Source: Arenicellales bacterium (lineage in GTDB: Bacteria; Pseudomonadota; Gammaproteobacteria; Arenicellales; JAJDZL01). From it: 64,000 bases of DNA. The translations under genes and the position numbers were made by a program. A model generated the notes under the pieces. The model had not been told where the DNA came from and did not search any database. It saw nothing but the letters and a program-made list of their open reading frames with translations. Positions 63,824 through 64,000 of the stretch are shown here, piece by piece (the first letter of the stretch is position 1; each line of letters opens with the position of its first letter). The DNA lies in contig OZ243952.1 of the NCBI GenBank assembly GCA_965214615.1, positions 2,445,734 through 2,509,733 on the forward strand. The letters run 5' to 3'.

Positions 63824-64000
63824 GCTGTCGAACCGGACTCGGCAAGCGTCACATATTTGACACCGCCGCCAGACTTGACTGATTCGACGAGACAGCACCG
63901 GTCCACCCGCCAGACGATCGGATCAATTCGCGCATCGATTCGCTTGCGCACCTTGCGCGCGAGCGTCACATGCGGGGTAAATTCCTGACGGCCCTTGCCC
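63808..64000 (-). CDS. thpR: RNA 2',3'-cyclic phosphodiesterase (ThpR/LigT, 2H family), C-terminal 63 codons only
   Basis: Not in the ORF track (no start in window). Reverse-frame translation GKGRQEFTPHVTLARKVRKRIDARIDPIVWRVDRCCLVESVKSGGGVKYVTLAESG..* contains the second H-x-T-x motif (HVTLAR) and the usual ..W.V....LV.S........Y tail. It converges on, and overlaps, the hydratase 3' end by 16 nt. Confidence 0.5.
   Translation of the reverse strand, partial: GKGRQEFTPHVTLARKVRKRIDARIDPIVWRVDRCCLVESVKSGGGVKYVTLAESGSTAYSER

Overview
64-kb proteobacterial chromosome segment. The core synteny (ndk-rlmN-hisS-yfgM-bamB-der, trmJ/suhB, mutS, xseA) looks gamma/beta-proteobacterial, but the taxon cannot be fixed from sequence alone. 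All family calls are by-eye motif recognition; no searches were run. Left to right: (1) a glycine-betaine ABC transporter whose proV-proW and proX are separated by a 2.4-kb segment carrying an opposite-strand coiled-coil/PD-(D/E)XK gene broken by a nonsense codon; (2) an SDR gene and a small membrane ORF; (3) one uninterrupted 20,238-nt ORF (6,745 aa, 31.6% of the window) made of dozens of acidic Calx-beta-like modules and ending in an autotransporter-type beta-barrel, with a G9 tract, hairpin and mini-uORF at its start codon; (4) a decayed accessory island (27.3-34.9 kb) with gene fragments, a TauD-family dioxygenase, a defective IS4/Tn5-like element whose 46-bp inverted repeats enclose higBA, a PRiA4-ORF3-like pseudogene, and an orphan DNA methyltransferase translationally coupled to pdxJ; (5) housekeeping genes (FAH hydrolase, TSUP exporter, ugd, xseA); (6) a second small island between xseA and der with hipBA, an IS110 fragment and vapBC; (7) a core block from der to mutS; (8) a non-pyrrolysine MttB homologue preceded by a flavin-reductase::LysR-substrate-domain fusion that lacks an HTH, then fdxA, a hydratase and a partial thpR. 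No rRNA, tRNA or CRISPR array was seen. Best candidates for something undescribed: the giant Calx-beta autotransporter with its start-codon control region, and the flavin-reductase/LysR-SBD + MttB pair.
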